DNA of 64,000 bases, from contig JBHGNT010000020.1 in assembly GCA_043228905.1 (NCBI GenBank), forward strand, positions 14,880,001 through 14,944,000, in the 5' to 3' direction. Shown here piece after piece: positions 13,198 through 25,160 of this stretch; position 1 is the stretch's first letter, and each line of letters opens with the position of its first letter. Under the pieces are notes generated by a model that made no database searches, was not told the origin of the DNA, and saw only the letters and a list, made by a program, of their open reading frames with translations. The translations under genes and the position numbers were made by a program. This DNA is from Azolla caroliniana. Taxonomy: Eukaryota; Plantae; Polypodiophyta.

Positions 13198-13299
13198 TGA
13201 CGGGAACTCAAGGCTCCTTATACGCAACGCTCGACCACAACCGAGCTTAGAATCACACACAGAAAACGGGAAATAATGAACGACACGAAGAAGAGACGG

Positions 13300-14875
13300 T
13301 GTCGCAAAAATACGACGAGGATACGTGAACTTTGAATCAGGACCCTGGGGCCTCGAACCGGAAGATATCAGATTCGTATGATTATATTAAACAATTAATA
13401 CAAAATGATAAAGATTCACAAATTTCATTAATAAAGGGAACGAAAGATTACAATCAATCTCAAGATTGAGATTACAAAAGTTTTATCTTAAGGAGATTGC
13501 TAGAATAATAGATTAGAAGAAACTAACATATGGATTCCATAGAGATTTAAGGTTCTTGGCTATCATAAGAGATTATGGTTATATGAGTATTATGGCTTCC
13601 GTAGGGAAGATTAACGTTTTTGAGTGTTATGGCTTTCGTAGGGAAGATTAACATTTTTTAGTGTTATGGCTTCCGTAGGGAAGATTAGGGTTTATGAGAG
13701 ATATGGCTTCCCTAAGATAAGGGAGTTGAGAAGGAAAAGAGAATTAAGATAATATGGAGAGAGCCCCCTTCTGTAAGAAAAAAAATGGAATATATATATG
13801 GAGTTCCCCGTTGATCATATGCCTCCACTTTTTGTTGCATGGCCTTTACTTTTAGTTGCATAGCTTTTCTTTTCATTGAATCTATTTTTAGTTGCATGGC
13901 TTTTTCTTTAGTTGCATGCGACCGTCCACTTGACCTTTACTTTTTCCATGCACTCCAACTTTAGTTGCTTGCGTCCACATGGCCTTTACTTTAGTTCTCT
14001 TCACTTTACTTTAGTTTGTTGCATGATCCAATCTTTCGTCTGTCCGCGTCCAACCTCGTCCGGTAGCCGGTTCCATTTTGCTTGCCGGCCGGTTCCGGTT
14101 CCGATTTTGCTTGCCGGCCGGTTCCGGTTCCGGTTTTGCTTGCCGGCCGATTCCGGTTCCGGTTTTGCTTGCCGATTCTGGTTCTGGTTCCGGTTTGCTT
14201 GCCGATTCCGGTTCTGGTTTTGCTTACCAGCCGGTTTCGGTTTTGCTTGCCGACCGGTTCCGGTTCCGATTTTGCTTGCCGGTTCCGGTTTTGCTTACCG
14301 GCCGGTTTCCGGTTTGCATACCGGTTCCGATTCCGGTTTGCTTCCTTGCCGGCCGGTTTCGGTTCCGGTTTGCTTGCCGGTTCCGGTTCCGGTTTTGTAT
14401 ACTAGCCGGTTTCCGGATTGCATACCGGCTAGTTTCCGGTTTGCATACCGACCAGTTTCCGGATTTGCTTACCGGTCGGTTTCCGGATTTGCTTACCGGC
14501 CGGTTTGCAGATTTACTTACCAGACCCATTTTCCGGATTTGCTTACCAGCCGGTTTCCGATTTTAGGGAATTTGGCCACCATCATCCATCAAGACAAAGT
14601 GGCCAAAGTGCTCTTAGCACAAATGAAAAATGAGGGAGCTCAAGGTGTTTATATAGCCAGGGCCTTAACTTTCCTATCTATGTGGGATAGTTCTAATTTC
14701 TCTATCTTCTCAACTTTATTTTCACATAACTTGATATATATTTCTCCATTTCGTATATAGTAAAATACATTTTCAAGCTCTTGAGTATATCCATCTTTCT
14801 ATAGTAAGCTACTAATCTAATCTATAATAATTATTTCATTATTTTTTAACATAGTGTGTGAAGATTCACACGACA
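13300..14875 (-). repeat. 3' LTR of the Trp-primed element, with ~37-bp repeats and a CCGGTT-rich array (~14060-14560)
   Basis: Near-identical to 16844-18382 outside the array; TG...CA ends. Confidence 0.93.
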
Positions 14876-15177
14876 TTCACCCCCACCAAACCTGCACATC
14901 CACCGGTATGTGCCAATTGTGATGAGGCTCCATTTTTGTTTACTTTCATTTTTCGTTGATGTACCCGAATCGCCATTGCCATCCGATCCACCATATTCTT
15001 CGCTCAATTTGTGCATTTCCATGACTGATTGTCATGGCTCTCTTTGCTCCTCTAGAGCATAATGCTTCACTCCTTATGCATGTGCCACCTTCATCTCGGC
15101 CATCTCCTTGGTCATCTAATTTTCTCTTATTGTTCTTTCTTGTTCCATGCATGTCTTTCAAAAGCCTTCTCGAAATA

Positions 15178-16798
15178 CTATTCTTGAGTACTCTTAGCAA
15201 TTCGTTCGTTCGTTAGCGGCATGCTCTCCTCTAGGTCCTTAAGTGACCACGTCGCATGCTTCCCACTTTGTCCACTTTTTTGGTATACTCTCGTCTTTGA
15301 GTTGACTATGACTTCTACACTAGTATTATCCTTGTTAGATTTTGTGATCACATCTTTCATATCCGCTTGGCCCACTTGGCCCATATCTTTGCTTTTCGAG
15401 GTTTGCTTGGTCTCTTTGTCGCACACATTAGCTTTTGTCTTTGCGCTTTGCTTGACCTCTTTGTCGCACGCATGGACTTTCATCATTTTGCTTTGCTTTA
15501 TTTCCTTGTTGCACACATTGGATTTAACCCTTGCTTCCTCGCCGCCATCGTCCTTCACTTGGGTCTTACATCGATTAATGCCCAAGTCTCTCAAACGAGT
15601 GTGGAGGAATTTTGTAGTTTGGCATTGCCTTTGTCGTGCTACTCTTTGCCACTTCCACCTTATGGTTGTTCGTGTTGGCGTTGATCTTTGTTTTCTCACC
15701 GCCACCTTCCGTCTCTTGGGTCTTACATCGGTTAATGACCAAGTCTCAAGAACCTTTGTGGGGAGAGTCTCTTCATCATCATCGTCTACCCTCTTTGGCT
15801 TAACGTCTCCTTCTTCTTTGCATGTGTTAGCCTCAGCCTTCACTTCCTCGCCGCCACCTTCTGTCTCTTGGGTCTCACGTTTGCTTTCCGACGCATCTAC
15901 CCAAGTCTCTAGAACAAGTGTGGAGAAAGTCTTTAGCCACCTCTGACTCAATGTCGTTTCTTGTGGCTACCTCCTCAATCATGTTGACCTCACACTTTTT
16001 ATCTCCCTTGATTATGTAAGCTTTGCTCATCCTAGCACCTTCATCACTTGATGTTTCAGACACGATGCGTGTTCCGAAACATTTGCCCTTACTTGAAGTG
16101 GCATTCGCCACCCTCGATTCATTTGTTTCATTCTTCGCCATTGTTTCTTTGCAAGAAGAGAAGGCGTCTTGTTCCACATCTTCTCCCATGGTTACATCGT
16201 GGTACCGAACTTGGGCCTTTGTATCAACCGTAACATTAATCCGCATTTGTTGGGAGGCCTCTTCTTCCTCGCTCATCATTTGCTTCAATTTTTGCTCCTT
16301 TTGAAGCTTCTCTTCAGCCTCAACTTGCGCCTTTAAGTTCTCGAATGCCTCTTCCATCAAGACTTCTATGTCGAGTATTGTTGAACCTTCCCTCTTCAAG
16401 TTTTCTTCTTTAGGTGGTAGTTTGTAGTTGCTTCTTGTCCTCCTTTCACCATCCGTCATGGATTGTGTTATTGCCGATAAGAATCTTGTCTTCCTCTTAT
16501 CGTGCAGTTGACATACTCTTTCCACTTTCGTCCAATCCTCGGTGAGGCCATTTGCACCATCATCATCCTCAAGTCGGATTCCAATGGCATTCCTTTCCTT
16601 CCGATCAATTGACTTCACAAACATTAAGACTTTTTCCACCCCAACCAATCTTTGATCCCGCTCCGAGAGTTCTGCAAAGCGACACTCGAACTCAATGAAA
16701 GCATGCATGGCACTTTGGTGGGTCTTTAATGATGATACCCATTGATTGAACTCATTTAGTTTGCATCTCTTTGGTTCTTTGTATCTATATGCCTCCAT
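15178..16798 (-). pseudogene. gag: Gag-like ORF (15875-16798) and frameshifted low-complexity continuation (15178-15951)
   Basis: Starts just downstream of the PBS. Helical capsid-like N-terminus (FIEFECRFAEL..KVLMFVKSID..GLTEDW) followed by a charged tail. The gag assignment rests on position and composition. Confidence 0.6.
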
Positions 16799-16821
16799 GA
16801 GATATCCTCCTGCCGCCTCGT

Positions 16822-16839
16822 TTCACGTCGGGTTCACCA
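16822..16839 (-). promoter_or_regulatory. Primer-binding site, tRNA-Trp
   Basis: TTCACGTCGGGTTCACCA matches the 3' 18 nt of plant tRNA-Trp(CCA) as I recall it, 4 nt from the LTR. Confidence 0.88.
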
Positions 16840-16843
16840 AAGA

Positions 16844-18382
16844 TGTGGTGAAAATACGACGAGGATACGTGAACTTTGAGGCAGGACCCCGGGGCCTCGA
16901 ACCGGAAGATATCAGATTCGTATGATTATATTAAACAATTAATACAAAATGATAAAGATTCACAAATTTCATTAATAAAGGGAAAGAAAGATTACAATCA
17001 ATCTCAAGATTGAGATTACAAAAGTTTTATCTTAAGGAGATTGCTAGAATAATAGATTAGAAGAAACTAACATATGGATTCCATAGAGATTTAGGGTTCT
17101 TGGCTTTCATAAGAGATTATGGTTATATGAGTATTATGGCTTCCGTAGGGAAGATTAGTGGTTTTGAGTGTTATGGCTTCCGTAGGGAAGATTAATGTTT
17201 TTTGGTGTTATGGCTTCCGTAGGGAAGATTAGGGTTTATGAGAGATATGGCTTCCCTAAGATAAGGGAGTTGAGAAGGAAAAGAGAATTAAGATAATATG
17301 GAGAGAGCCCCCTTCTGTAAGAAAAAAAATGGAATATATATATGGAGTTCCCCGTTGATCATATGCCTCCACTTTTTGTTGCATGGCCTTTACTTTTAGT
17401 TGCATAACTTTTCTTTTCATTGAATCTATTTTTAGTTGCATGGCTTTTTCTTTAGTTGCATGCGACCGTCCACTTGACCTTTACTTTTTCCATGCACTCC
17501 AACTTTAGTTGCTTGCGTCCACATGGCCTTTACTTTAGTTCTCTTCACTTTACTTTAGTTTGTTGCATGATCCAATCTTTCGTCCGTCCGCGTCCAACCT
17601 CGTCCGGTAGCTGGTTCCATTTTGCTTGACGGCCGGTTCCAGTTCCGGTTTTGCTTGCCGGCCAGTTCTGGTTCTGGTTTGCCCACGGATTCCGGTTCCG
17701 GTTCCGATTTGCTTGCTGATTCCAGTTCCGGTTTTGCTTACTAGCCGGTTCCGGTTTTGCTTGCCGCCCGGTTTCGGTTCTGGTTCCGATTTTGCTTGCC
17801 GGTTCCGGTTTTGCTTACCCGCCGATTTCTAGTTTGCATACCGGTTCTGGTTCTGGTTTGCTTGCCAGTTCCGGTTCCGATTTTGGGTTCCGGTTCCATT
17901 TCTGCATACCGGCCGGTTTCCGGATTGCATACCGACCGGTTTCCGGTTTTGCAGACCGGCCGGTTTCAGGATTGCATACCGACCAGTTTCCGGATTTGCT
18001 TACCGGTCGGTTTCCGAATTTGCTTACCAGACCCGTTTTCCGGATTTGCTTACCGGCCGGTTTTCGATTTTAGGGAATTTGGCCACCATCATCCATCAAG
18101 ACAAAGTGGCCAAAGTGCTCTTAGCACAAATGAAAAATGAGGGAGCTCAAGGTGTTTATATAGCCAGGGCCTTAACTTTCCTATCTATGTGGGATAGTTC
18201 TAATTTCTCTATCTTCTCAACTTTATTTTCACATAACTTGATATGTATTTCTCCATTTTGTATATAGTAAAATACATTTTCAAGCTGTTGAGTATATCCT
18301 TCTTTCTATAGTAAGCTACTAATCTAATCTATAATAATTATTTCATTATTTTTTAACATAGTGTGTGAAGATTCACACGACA
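16844..18382 (-). repeat. 5' LTR of the Trp-primed element
   Basis: Direct repeat of 13300-14875; adjacent to the PBS. Confidence 0.93.
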
Positions 18383-21355
18383 ACGGGTACGCAGGATGTT
18401 TACGTGGAAAACCCAAACTAAGGGGAAAAACCACGGCAGCCCACAGGCTCCAAACTATCACTATGTTAGAATGTACAACAGTGAGTTCACGGAGGCAACG
18501 ACCTCGTGCTCATGATCCTCGCCACAGGCGGCGGTTACAACAGAGGCAACGACCTCTTTCTCTCTCTCTCTCTCTGTACACAGTTACGCGCTCTCTCTCT
18601 CCTTGCACCAACAAGAAATGACAACGACAGACACTAAAAGTTTGCCCTAAGTCATATTTATACTAATATGCCTTTTCGGCTATTTATAAATATAGCCTCG
18701 ATGGACTCTCAGAAATATATTTACGAATATGTCTCTTCATCCGGTGAGCATTCCTCACCGAGTCTGCACCATCCGGTTCTCTGTAGCCGGGTACTTCTCC
18801 TCCGGTTCTCACCGGGTCTGCACCATCCGGTTCTCCGTAGCCGGGTACTCCTCCTCCGGTTCTCACCGGGTCTGCACCATCGGGCTCTCCGTAACTGGGT
18901 ACTCCTGATCCGGTTCTCACCGGGTCTGCACCATCCGGCTCTCCGTAGCCGGGTACCCCTCATCTGGTTCTCACCGGGTCTGCACCATCCGGCTCTCCGT
19001 AGCCGGGTACTCCTCCTCCAGTTCTCACCGGGTCTGCACCATCCGGCTCTCCGTAGCTGAGTTTGGTCATCGGCACTGTTCTTCTCTCTTCCATCCGGAG
19101 GGACCTGCCTCCCAACAAACTCCCCCTTCACTCCGGCATGGGGTGTCTTACTAGTCCGATCCGCTTCCGGCATGAATCCAGCTTGTCGGATATCAACACT
19201 TTGGTCAGCATATCTGACCCGTTCTCGGCCGTGTGGATCTTCGTCAGCGCGAACTCCTGGTCATCTATTTTTTCCAGGATCCAGTGATACCTTCGCTGGA
19301 TATGCTTCGTTCGGGAATGGTAGGCGGCATTCTTAGCAAGATGGATGGCACTTTGACTGTCGCAATAGAGTCGGTATTCATCTTGCCGGATACCGAGCTC
19401 TCCGATGAAGTCGTTCATCAGTAATATTTCCTTGCCGGCTTCCACAGCCGCCATGTACTCCGCCTCCGTGGTTGACAATGCAACCGTCTTCTGGAGCCTC
19501 GACTACCACGAAATAGCTCCCCCTGCATATGTCATTACATACCCGGATGTAGACCGGCTGGTATCCACATCAGCCAACATGTTTGAATCGGTGAAACCAT
19601 CAAGTTGAGGTTTTCCAAAGCCGAATTGGAGACACATATTTGAAGTGCCCTTCAAATACCGGAGTATCCATTTGACCGCGTTCCAGTGCTCCTTGCCGGG
19701 ATTGCTCATGAACCGGCTCACCACTCCGACTGCGTATCCTATATCCGGTCGGGTACACACCACTGCGTACATTAAGCTCCCGACGGCAGAGGCATATGGA
19801 ATCTTCATCATATCCGCATTCTCTGCTTTCGTCTTCGGGCTTTGCTTACCGGATAACCTGCAGTTTGCCGGAAGTGTCGATCCGACCCGTTTCGCATCTG
19901 ACATGTTGAACCGGTGAAGCACCTTTGTCACGTACTTCTCCTGTGACAACCATAATTGCTTCAGTGACCGGTTCCAGATAGTATGCATCCCCAGCATCTG
20001 TCTTGCCGGACCCAAGTGTTTCATTGAGAAGGTCTAGTTGAGAGCCTTCTTCAGCATCCGGATTTTGACTTGGTCCCATCCGACGATCAACATGTCATCC
20101 ACGTACAGAAGGAGTATCAGGAAGTCGCCTCCTTCAAACTTCTTCACAAACACGCAGTGATCGGCCTGTGTCTTGTGGTACCCTTGATCAGTCATGAAGG
20201 AATCGAACTTCTGGTACCATTGTCGGGGAGCCTGCTTTAGTCCGTACAGGCTCTTCTTCAGCAGACATACCAAGTGCTCCTTCCATTTCTCCACAAATCC
20301 CTTCGGTTGCTGCATGTAGATCTCCTCTTCAAGGTCGTCGTGAAGGAATGCCGTCTTCACGTCCAGATGTTCTACCTCGAGGTCCATGCTGGCCGTGTCG
20401 AATACAAGTGTATAATGGACGTATTCACACTATCCCTTTGGGCCATTTGTGTAATTAGCATAAATGGTAGTTACCCTAAGTCGGTCACTATATATAGTGA
20501 CCTTGTAACCTTTTTGTAAGGTTGGGTGTTGTATTATTGCTTTGTGGAATAAGAAGTCTTTTGTGCCTCTCTCTCTCTCTCTCTCTCTATCTCTCTGCAA
20601 CGACCTACAATCTATCATACGCAGGTACTCGAAACCCTAATCGAATGCTTCTTGATCTTCCGCATAGACGACCTTGTCTCCAACATCTGGTATCAGAGCC
20701 TGCACAGTATTCGGTCCTTCATCCCGCTGTCGGCCGTCGTCTCAGCATTCGGTTTCCTGCGTCATTCGAAGAAGAGAGAAGAAGAAGAAAAAACGAGGCC
20801 TGCATCTCATCACGTTAGATCATCTTTGCTTGGAGTAAGCCAGCAGGTTATACTCCGTTCCTTGTGATCGTAACCGCTCGAGGTGAAATCCCCCTATGCA
20901 ACTTTGACACAATCGTGCTCCATTCGGTTAAGCGGCATCCGAAGAGGTCATCAAACGCTGCTCGCCGCTCATTGTAACCACTCGGTGCAGATCGGTCTCA
21001 AGACAACAACCCCAATTCGTGCTTCATCCGGCTGATCGACATTCGAGAGGATCAGTTGGATCCGTCTCTCTCGTCGCTGCAGTCACCCGAAGCAGAATCG
21101 GTCCAGATAATCGGTTTCAATAATCGGTATTCGGCATATATATCCGAAGCGAACCGGGCTCACTCCGACTCGGCAACATTCGGGAAGACCAGTCGGTTCT
21201 GTCCCTCAAGCTACCGGAGTCAATTCAAGCAAGTTCCGAAGCCGAACCGACTCGGGTTCAAATCCGACTAGAACGATATCGGGTGAGCCAACCGGCTGCA
21301 CTCCAACAAGGTTCGTAGTCAACTCCGAACCGAGCTTCGTCAACCGAAACCGAAT

Positions 21356-23827
21356 TTGATGGCATCAACATCCGGCTCGTCAGAAATGAGTCTACGAAAG
21401 TTCGATGGATCGAACTTCAACTTCTGGAAAGAGCAAATGCAGGACTATCTCATAGTCAAGGGGCAAATCGATCCCATCGAAAATGAAGAACCTCCAGAAG
21501 GATACAAACCAATTGAGTGGCAGAAGCTGGACAGAATCGTCCGCGCCACGATTCGGATGCACCTATCGGAATCGGTATACTTTACGGTGCAATCGTGTAC
21601 GACAGCATTCGAACTGTGGAAAACACTGTCGGACACTTACGAAAAGAAGGTCGCCGCAACGAAGATGTTTCTGATCCGGCGCCTCTACAACTTGCGGATG
21701 AAAGAATCCGATTCGGTTCAAGCACACCTCAATGAATACGAAAGCATAAGCTCCCAAATCTCGTCACAGGGGACGGCAATCGAGGATGAACTCAGAGCAA
21801 TGATACTCATGAGCAGCCTTCCCTCATCATGGGAAACTTTCGTCACAACAGTGTGCAACGCGTCAACCACGGCTGTTAAATACTCCGAAGTCACGAGCGC
21901 AATCCTGACCGAAGCAGCTCGGAGAAAGTCTTTCGCCAAAGACTCAACAGACGACGCTTACGTAGTACAAGGTTCGACAGACCGATCGAACATACGAGGA
22001 AGAGATTCCTCACGGCCGCCGAACAATCAGCGAAGACGGAGCCAGTCACGGGATAACCGAATCTGCAACTATTGCAAGAAACCCGGACACATCAAAGCCG
22101 ACTGCCGCGCACTCAAGAACAAGAACAACAAGAAGAGTGGCCGGCATGAGGAGATCAATTACGTCAGCTTCTCAGCTGATGTGCTACCAGACGACCCGAA
22201 TATACTATCAATCGAAAATCCAGTCGGATCAGAAGTTCTACTCACGACTGAAGAATCGAGCACATGGCTCTTAGATTCGGGAGCGTCATTTCACGTGACT
22301 CCTCATCGATCCCAATTTCGGCAATATACAATCCGTCACTCCGACTCAGTTCGAGTCGGCAACTCACAACACTGTGACATCATTGGAATCGGCACAGTAG
22401 AGCTCAACCTTGCAGGTGGCTCTACACTTGTACTCCACAATGTCCGACATGTACCCGAGCTCTCAAGGCCATTGATCTCAGTCGGACAACTAGATGAAGA
22501 CGGCATTCGTGCCGGTTTTTCTTCGGGAGGGTGGACACTCCACAGGGGGAACCTCCTGCTTGCTAGAGGACCCAAGATACACTCCCTGTATCCGTTACAT
22601 GTTACGCTCAGAGAGGGTAACCTGTTTTTGGTGGATATTCCTGTGTCATCACTATGGCACCGAAGATTAGGACACCTCAGCAAGGCCGGCATTACGCATC
22701 TATCTAGAGCCGGATACATCCCCAAACTCTCCTTCTCCGACCATCAATTCTGCGAGCATTGCCAGTATGGCAAACAAGCAGCCGCATCACACCCGACATC
22801 AGCACCAAGAGAAACGAGACCTCTCGATTTGGTCCACTCGGACGTCTGTGGCCCAATGCCGCATCAGTCTCTCGGCGGTGCCTCTTACTTCGTCACTTTT
22901 ATTGACGATTCGACTCGAAAGGTGTGGGCTTATCCAATTCGCACCAAAGATCGGGTCTTCTCGATCTTCACCGATTGGCTCGCTATGGTAGAAAATCAAA
23001 CCGACCGAAAGCTGAAATGCTTTCGGACAGACAATGGGGGAGAGTTCAAATCCGAAGAATTCGTCAAATTCTGCCAACAACGCGGCATCCGACGTGAATT
23101 TACGGCACCACACAGTCCGGAGCAAAACGGGATTGCCGAACGCATGAATCGGACAATCCAAGAACGGATAGTTTCCATGCTCCAACACTCCGGACTGTCG
23201 GATGGCTTCTGGGCAGAGGCTCTACTCACGGCAGTACACATAATCAATATGTCGCCAAGTAGACCTCTAGGACTTCAAATTCCTCAGGAACTATGGATCG
23301 GCAGTAAGCCGAATTACGACAAGCTGAGGATCTTCGGATGCGAGGCGTACGCCCTTATTCCGAAAGATGATCGCCGAAAACTTGCACCTCGGTCCAGGAA
23401 ATGCGTTTTCCTTGGATATGGATCAGATGGCGAAATGGGATACCGACTCTGGGACCCCGAACGCAGACAAATCGTTCGAAGTTCGGACGTTGTGTTCAAC
23501 GAGTCGGCTATGAATCCATCAGTCGAAAAACCGACCGAAGTCCGAAGGGTAACATTTTCCGATGTGCCAACCCTTCAAGAAGGCCCCGCTCTTAACACAC
23601 GGTCAGCTTCCCGGGTAGCTGCACCTTACACTCCCGACTCGGACAACTCCGACTCGGCACAGCAGAATAATTCGCTTTCGGACCATCCGACACCGATACC
23701 CAATGCGACTAGTCCAATCATACCTCGACGATCGAGAGAGAGAGAGAGGCACAAAAGACTTCTTATTCCACAAAGCAATAATACAACACCCAACCTTACA
23801 AAAAGGTTACAAGGTCACTATATATAG
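21356..23827 (+). CDS. gag-pol: Copia gag-protease-integrase polyprotein, truncated at ~23733 (the tail reads into the inverted LTR)
   Basis: 823-aa ORF: CNYCKKPGHIKADC, WLLDSGASFH, LWHRRLGH..CEHC, LDLVHSDVCGP, FRTDNGGEF, QNGIAERMNRT. Confidence 0.93.
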   Translation: MMASTSGSSEMSLRKFDGSNFNFWKEQMQDYLIVKGQIDPIENEEPPEGYKPIEWQKLDRIVRATIRMHLSESVYFTVQSCTTAFELWKTLSDTYEKKVAATKMFLIRRLYNLRMKESDSVQAHLNEYESISSQISSQGTAIEDELRAMILMSSLPSSWETFVTTVCNASTTAVKYSEVTSAILTEAARRKSFAKDSTDDAYVVQGSTDRSNIRGRDSSRPPNNQRRRSQSRDNRICNYCKKPGHIKADCRALKNKNNKKSGRHEEINYVSFSADVLPDDPNILSIENPVGSEVLLTTEESSTWLLDSGASFHVTPHRSQFRQYTIRHSDSVRVGNSQHCDIIGIGTVELNLAGGSTLVLHNVRHVPELSRPLISVGQLDEDGIRAGFSSGGWTLHRGNLLLARGPKIHSLYPLHVTLREGNLFLVDIPVSSLWHRRLGHLSKAGITHLSRAGYIPKLSFSDHQFCEHCQYGKQAAASHPTSAPRETRPLDLVHSDVCGPMPHQSLGGASYFVTFIDDSTRKVWAYPIRTKDRVFSIFTDWLAMVENQTDRKLKCFRTDNGGEFKSEEFVKFCQQRGIRREFTAPHSPEQNGIAERMNRTIQERIVSMLQHSGLSDGFWAEALLTAVHIINMSPSRPLGLQIPQELWIGSKPNYDKLRIFGCEAYALIPKDDRRKLAPRSRKCVFLGYGSDGEMGYRLWDPERRQIVRSSDVVFNESAMNPSVEKPTEVRRVTFSDVPTLQEGPALNTRSASRVAAPYTPDSDNSDSAQQNNSLSDHPTPIPNATSPIIPRRSRERERHKRLLIPQSNNTTPNLTKRLQGHYI

Positions 23828-24112
23828 TGACCGACTTAGGGTAACTACCATTTATGCTAATTACACAAATGGCCCAAAGGGATAGTGTGAATACGTCCAT
23901 TATACACTTGTATTCGACACTCCCCCGTAATGGGCGTATACATGGGTTATCTAAGATTACAGGTATAGACTTAGGTTCTCGGACATATCAGCTTTGTTCG
24001 AGTCGGCAGGGTCCGAAGGCAGAAGACCGAACTGGTCGGGTCGGAACAGTTGAAGCCGATCATTAAGGAACTGATGTCGGTTGTCGGGAACCATCCTGCT
24101 CTGTGTCCGGCT

Positions 24113-25087
24113 CTAACCGGACTGGTTTGTCGTTACGCCCATCTGATGCCGAAGAAACCGAAAGCGGTCTGCCGAAAGACACTTGGTCATTCCATCTGCG
24201 ACATTGTCGGTTGTGGATATTTTCTCTAGACCGATTTTCCCTGAAATGACGCAGTCCCGAACGAAGTGATATCGAACGTCGATATGTTTGGAGGCGTTGT
24301 GGTGAACCGGATTTTTCGACAAGGCAACAGCACCTTGACTGTCGCTGTAGACAACTGGAGCCGAGTCATGGTCGACTTGTCGAAACGTGTGCGCCAGCCG
24401 ACCGAGCCACAAAGCTTCTTTTGCTGCGTCGGACGCAGCTACATATTCTGCTTCGGTCGTTGAGGTCGCTGTGCACTCCTGAAGTTTCGACTTCCATGAG
24501 ATTGCTCCATTGCCGAATTTGAAGCAGTATCCGGTTGTTGATTTCCGACTGTCTATACAGCCGGCGAAATCCGAGTCGGTGTAACCGACTACGCCTGAGG
24601 TTCGGTTCGGACCGAAAAGAATGCCGTGGTCTTTTGTGCCAGCCAGATATCTGAACACATGCTTGACTGTGTTCCAATGCGATCGGCCAGGATTGTGCAT
24701 AAATCTGCTAACGACTCCTACGGCGTGAGAAATATCAGGCCGTGTCGCGACCATCAGGTACATAAGGGAGCCGACTGCCGGTGCATACGGTACCGACTTC
24801 ATATCTTCCCCCTCCGGACCGGATGTCGGGCAGTCTCGCTGAGAGAGCCGAAGATTCATGGGGAGCGGGGTTGAAGCAGATTTGGCTGATTGCATGTTGA
24901 AGCGTTCCAAGACACGTCGGATATAGTCGGTCTGAGACAAAAAAAGATGTCGTTTATCGCGATGCCGACTAATCTTCATGCCGAGTATGTGTCGTGCCGG
25001 ACCGAGGTCCTTCATGGCAAACTTCAACCGCAGTTGCCGAATGAGATCGGCAAGTTCGCCCGCGTGGCGTCCAGAAATTAGCATGTC
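24113..25087 (-). CDS. pol: Copia RT C-terminal half plus RNase H (inverted segment of element D)
   Basis: MKDLGPARHILGM, PYAPAVGSLMY, GYTDSDFAG, STTEAEY, SKHIDVRYHF; followed by PPT (23920-23927) and an LTR matching 20396 onward. Confidence 0.92.
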   Translation of the reverse strand, partial: DMLISGRHAGELADLIRQLRLKFAMKDLGPARHILGMKISRHRDKRHLFLSQTDYIRRVLERFNMQSAKSASTPLPMNLRLSQRDCPTSGPEGEDMKSVPYAPAVGSLMYLMVATRPDISHAVGVVSRFMHNPGRSHWNTVKHVFRYLAGTKDHGILFGPNRTSGVVGYTDSDFAGCIDSRKSTTGYCFKFGNGAISWKSKLQECTATSTTEAEYVAASDAAKEALWLGRLAHTFRQVDHDSAPVVYSDSQGAVALSKNPVHHNASKHIDVRYHFVRDCVISGKIGLEKISTTDNVADGMTKCLSADRFRFLRHQMGVTTNQSG

Positions 25088-25160
25088 CTCCGTTTTCTAC
25101 TCGGCGTAGTGGCAGCCGACAACTTGGAGCTGATTCAGCTAGATGTCAAAACAGCATTCC

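Larger units (their letters stand above)
13300..18382 (-). mobile_element. Non-autonomous gag-only LTR element with ~1.55-kb LTRs, tRNA-Trp PBS and 4-bp TSD (ACGG)
   Basis: LTRs 13300-14875 and 16844-18382. PPT at 14876-14887, PBS at 16822-16839. ACGG at 13296-13299 and 18383-18386. No pol motifs in the 2-kb interior. Confidence 0.9.
13198..20395 (-). mobile_element. Ty1/copia element C (related to A): split 3' LTR (13198-13299 plus 18387-19117), PPT, RT/RNase H 19128-20395
   Basis: The LTR halves align with 341-1060 and contain a 54-bp array (~18755-19060). PPT at 19118-19128. Motifs LDVKTAFLH, LLLYVDDMLI, HSRTKHIQRRYHW. An in-frame stop breaks RT. Confidence 0.9.
20396..25160 (+). mobile_element. 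Young Ty1/copia element D inserted in the RT of copia C; its 3' part is rearranged and inverted
   Basis: 5' LTR 20396-20685, Met PBS 20688-20699, uninterrupted gag-PR-IN ORF. Inverted partial LTR 23734-23919, minus-strand RT/RH 24113-25087, plus-strand RT fragment 25088-25160. Confidence 0.92.

Noticed and set aside
13912-14760. 282-aa ORF and overlapping Arg/Phe/Pro-rich ORFs (also 17626-18267)
   Set aside because: Read-through of the LTR tandem array; frame is not kept in the twin LTR.
15221-15946. 241-aa plus-strand hydrophobic ORF
   Set aside because: Antisense shadow of the Lys/Glu-rich minus-strand ORF.
16822-16839. tRNA gene (also 29439-29454)
   Set aside because: Only a 3'-end match next to an LTR, so a PBS; no cloverleaf.
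18668-19173. ORFs with 18-aa repeats
   Set aside because: Product of the 54-bp LTR array.
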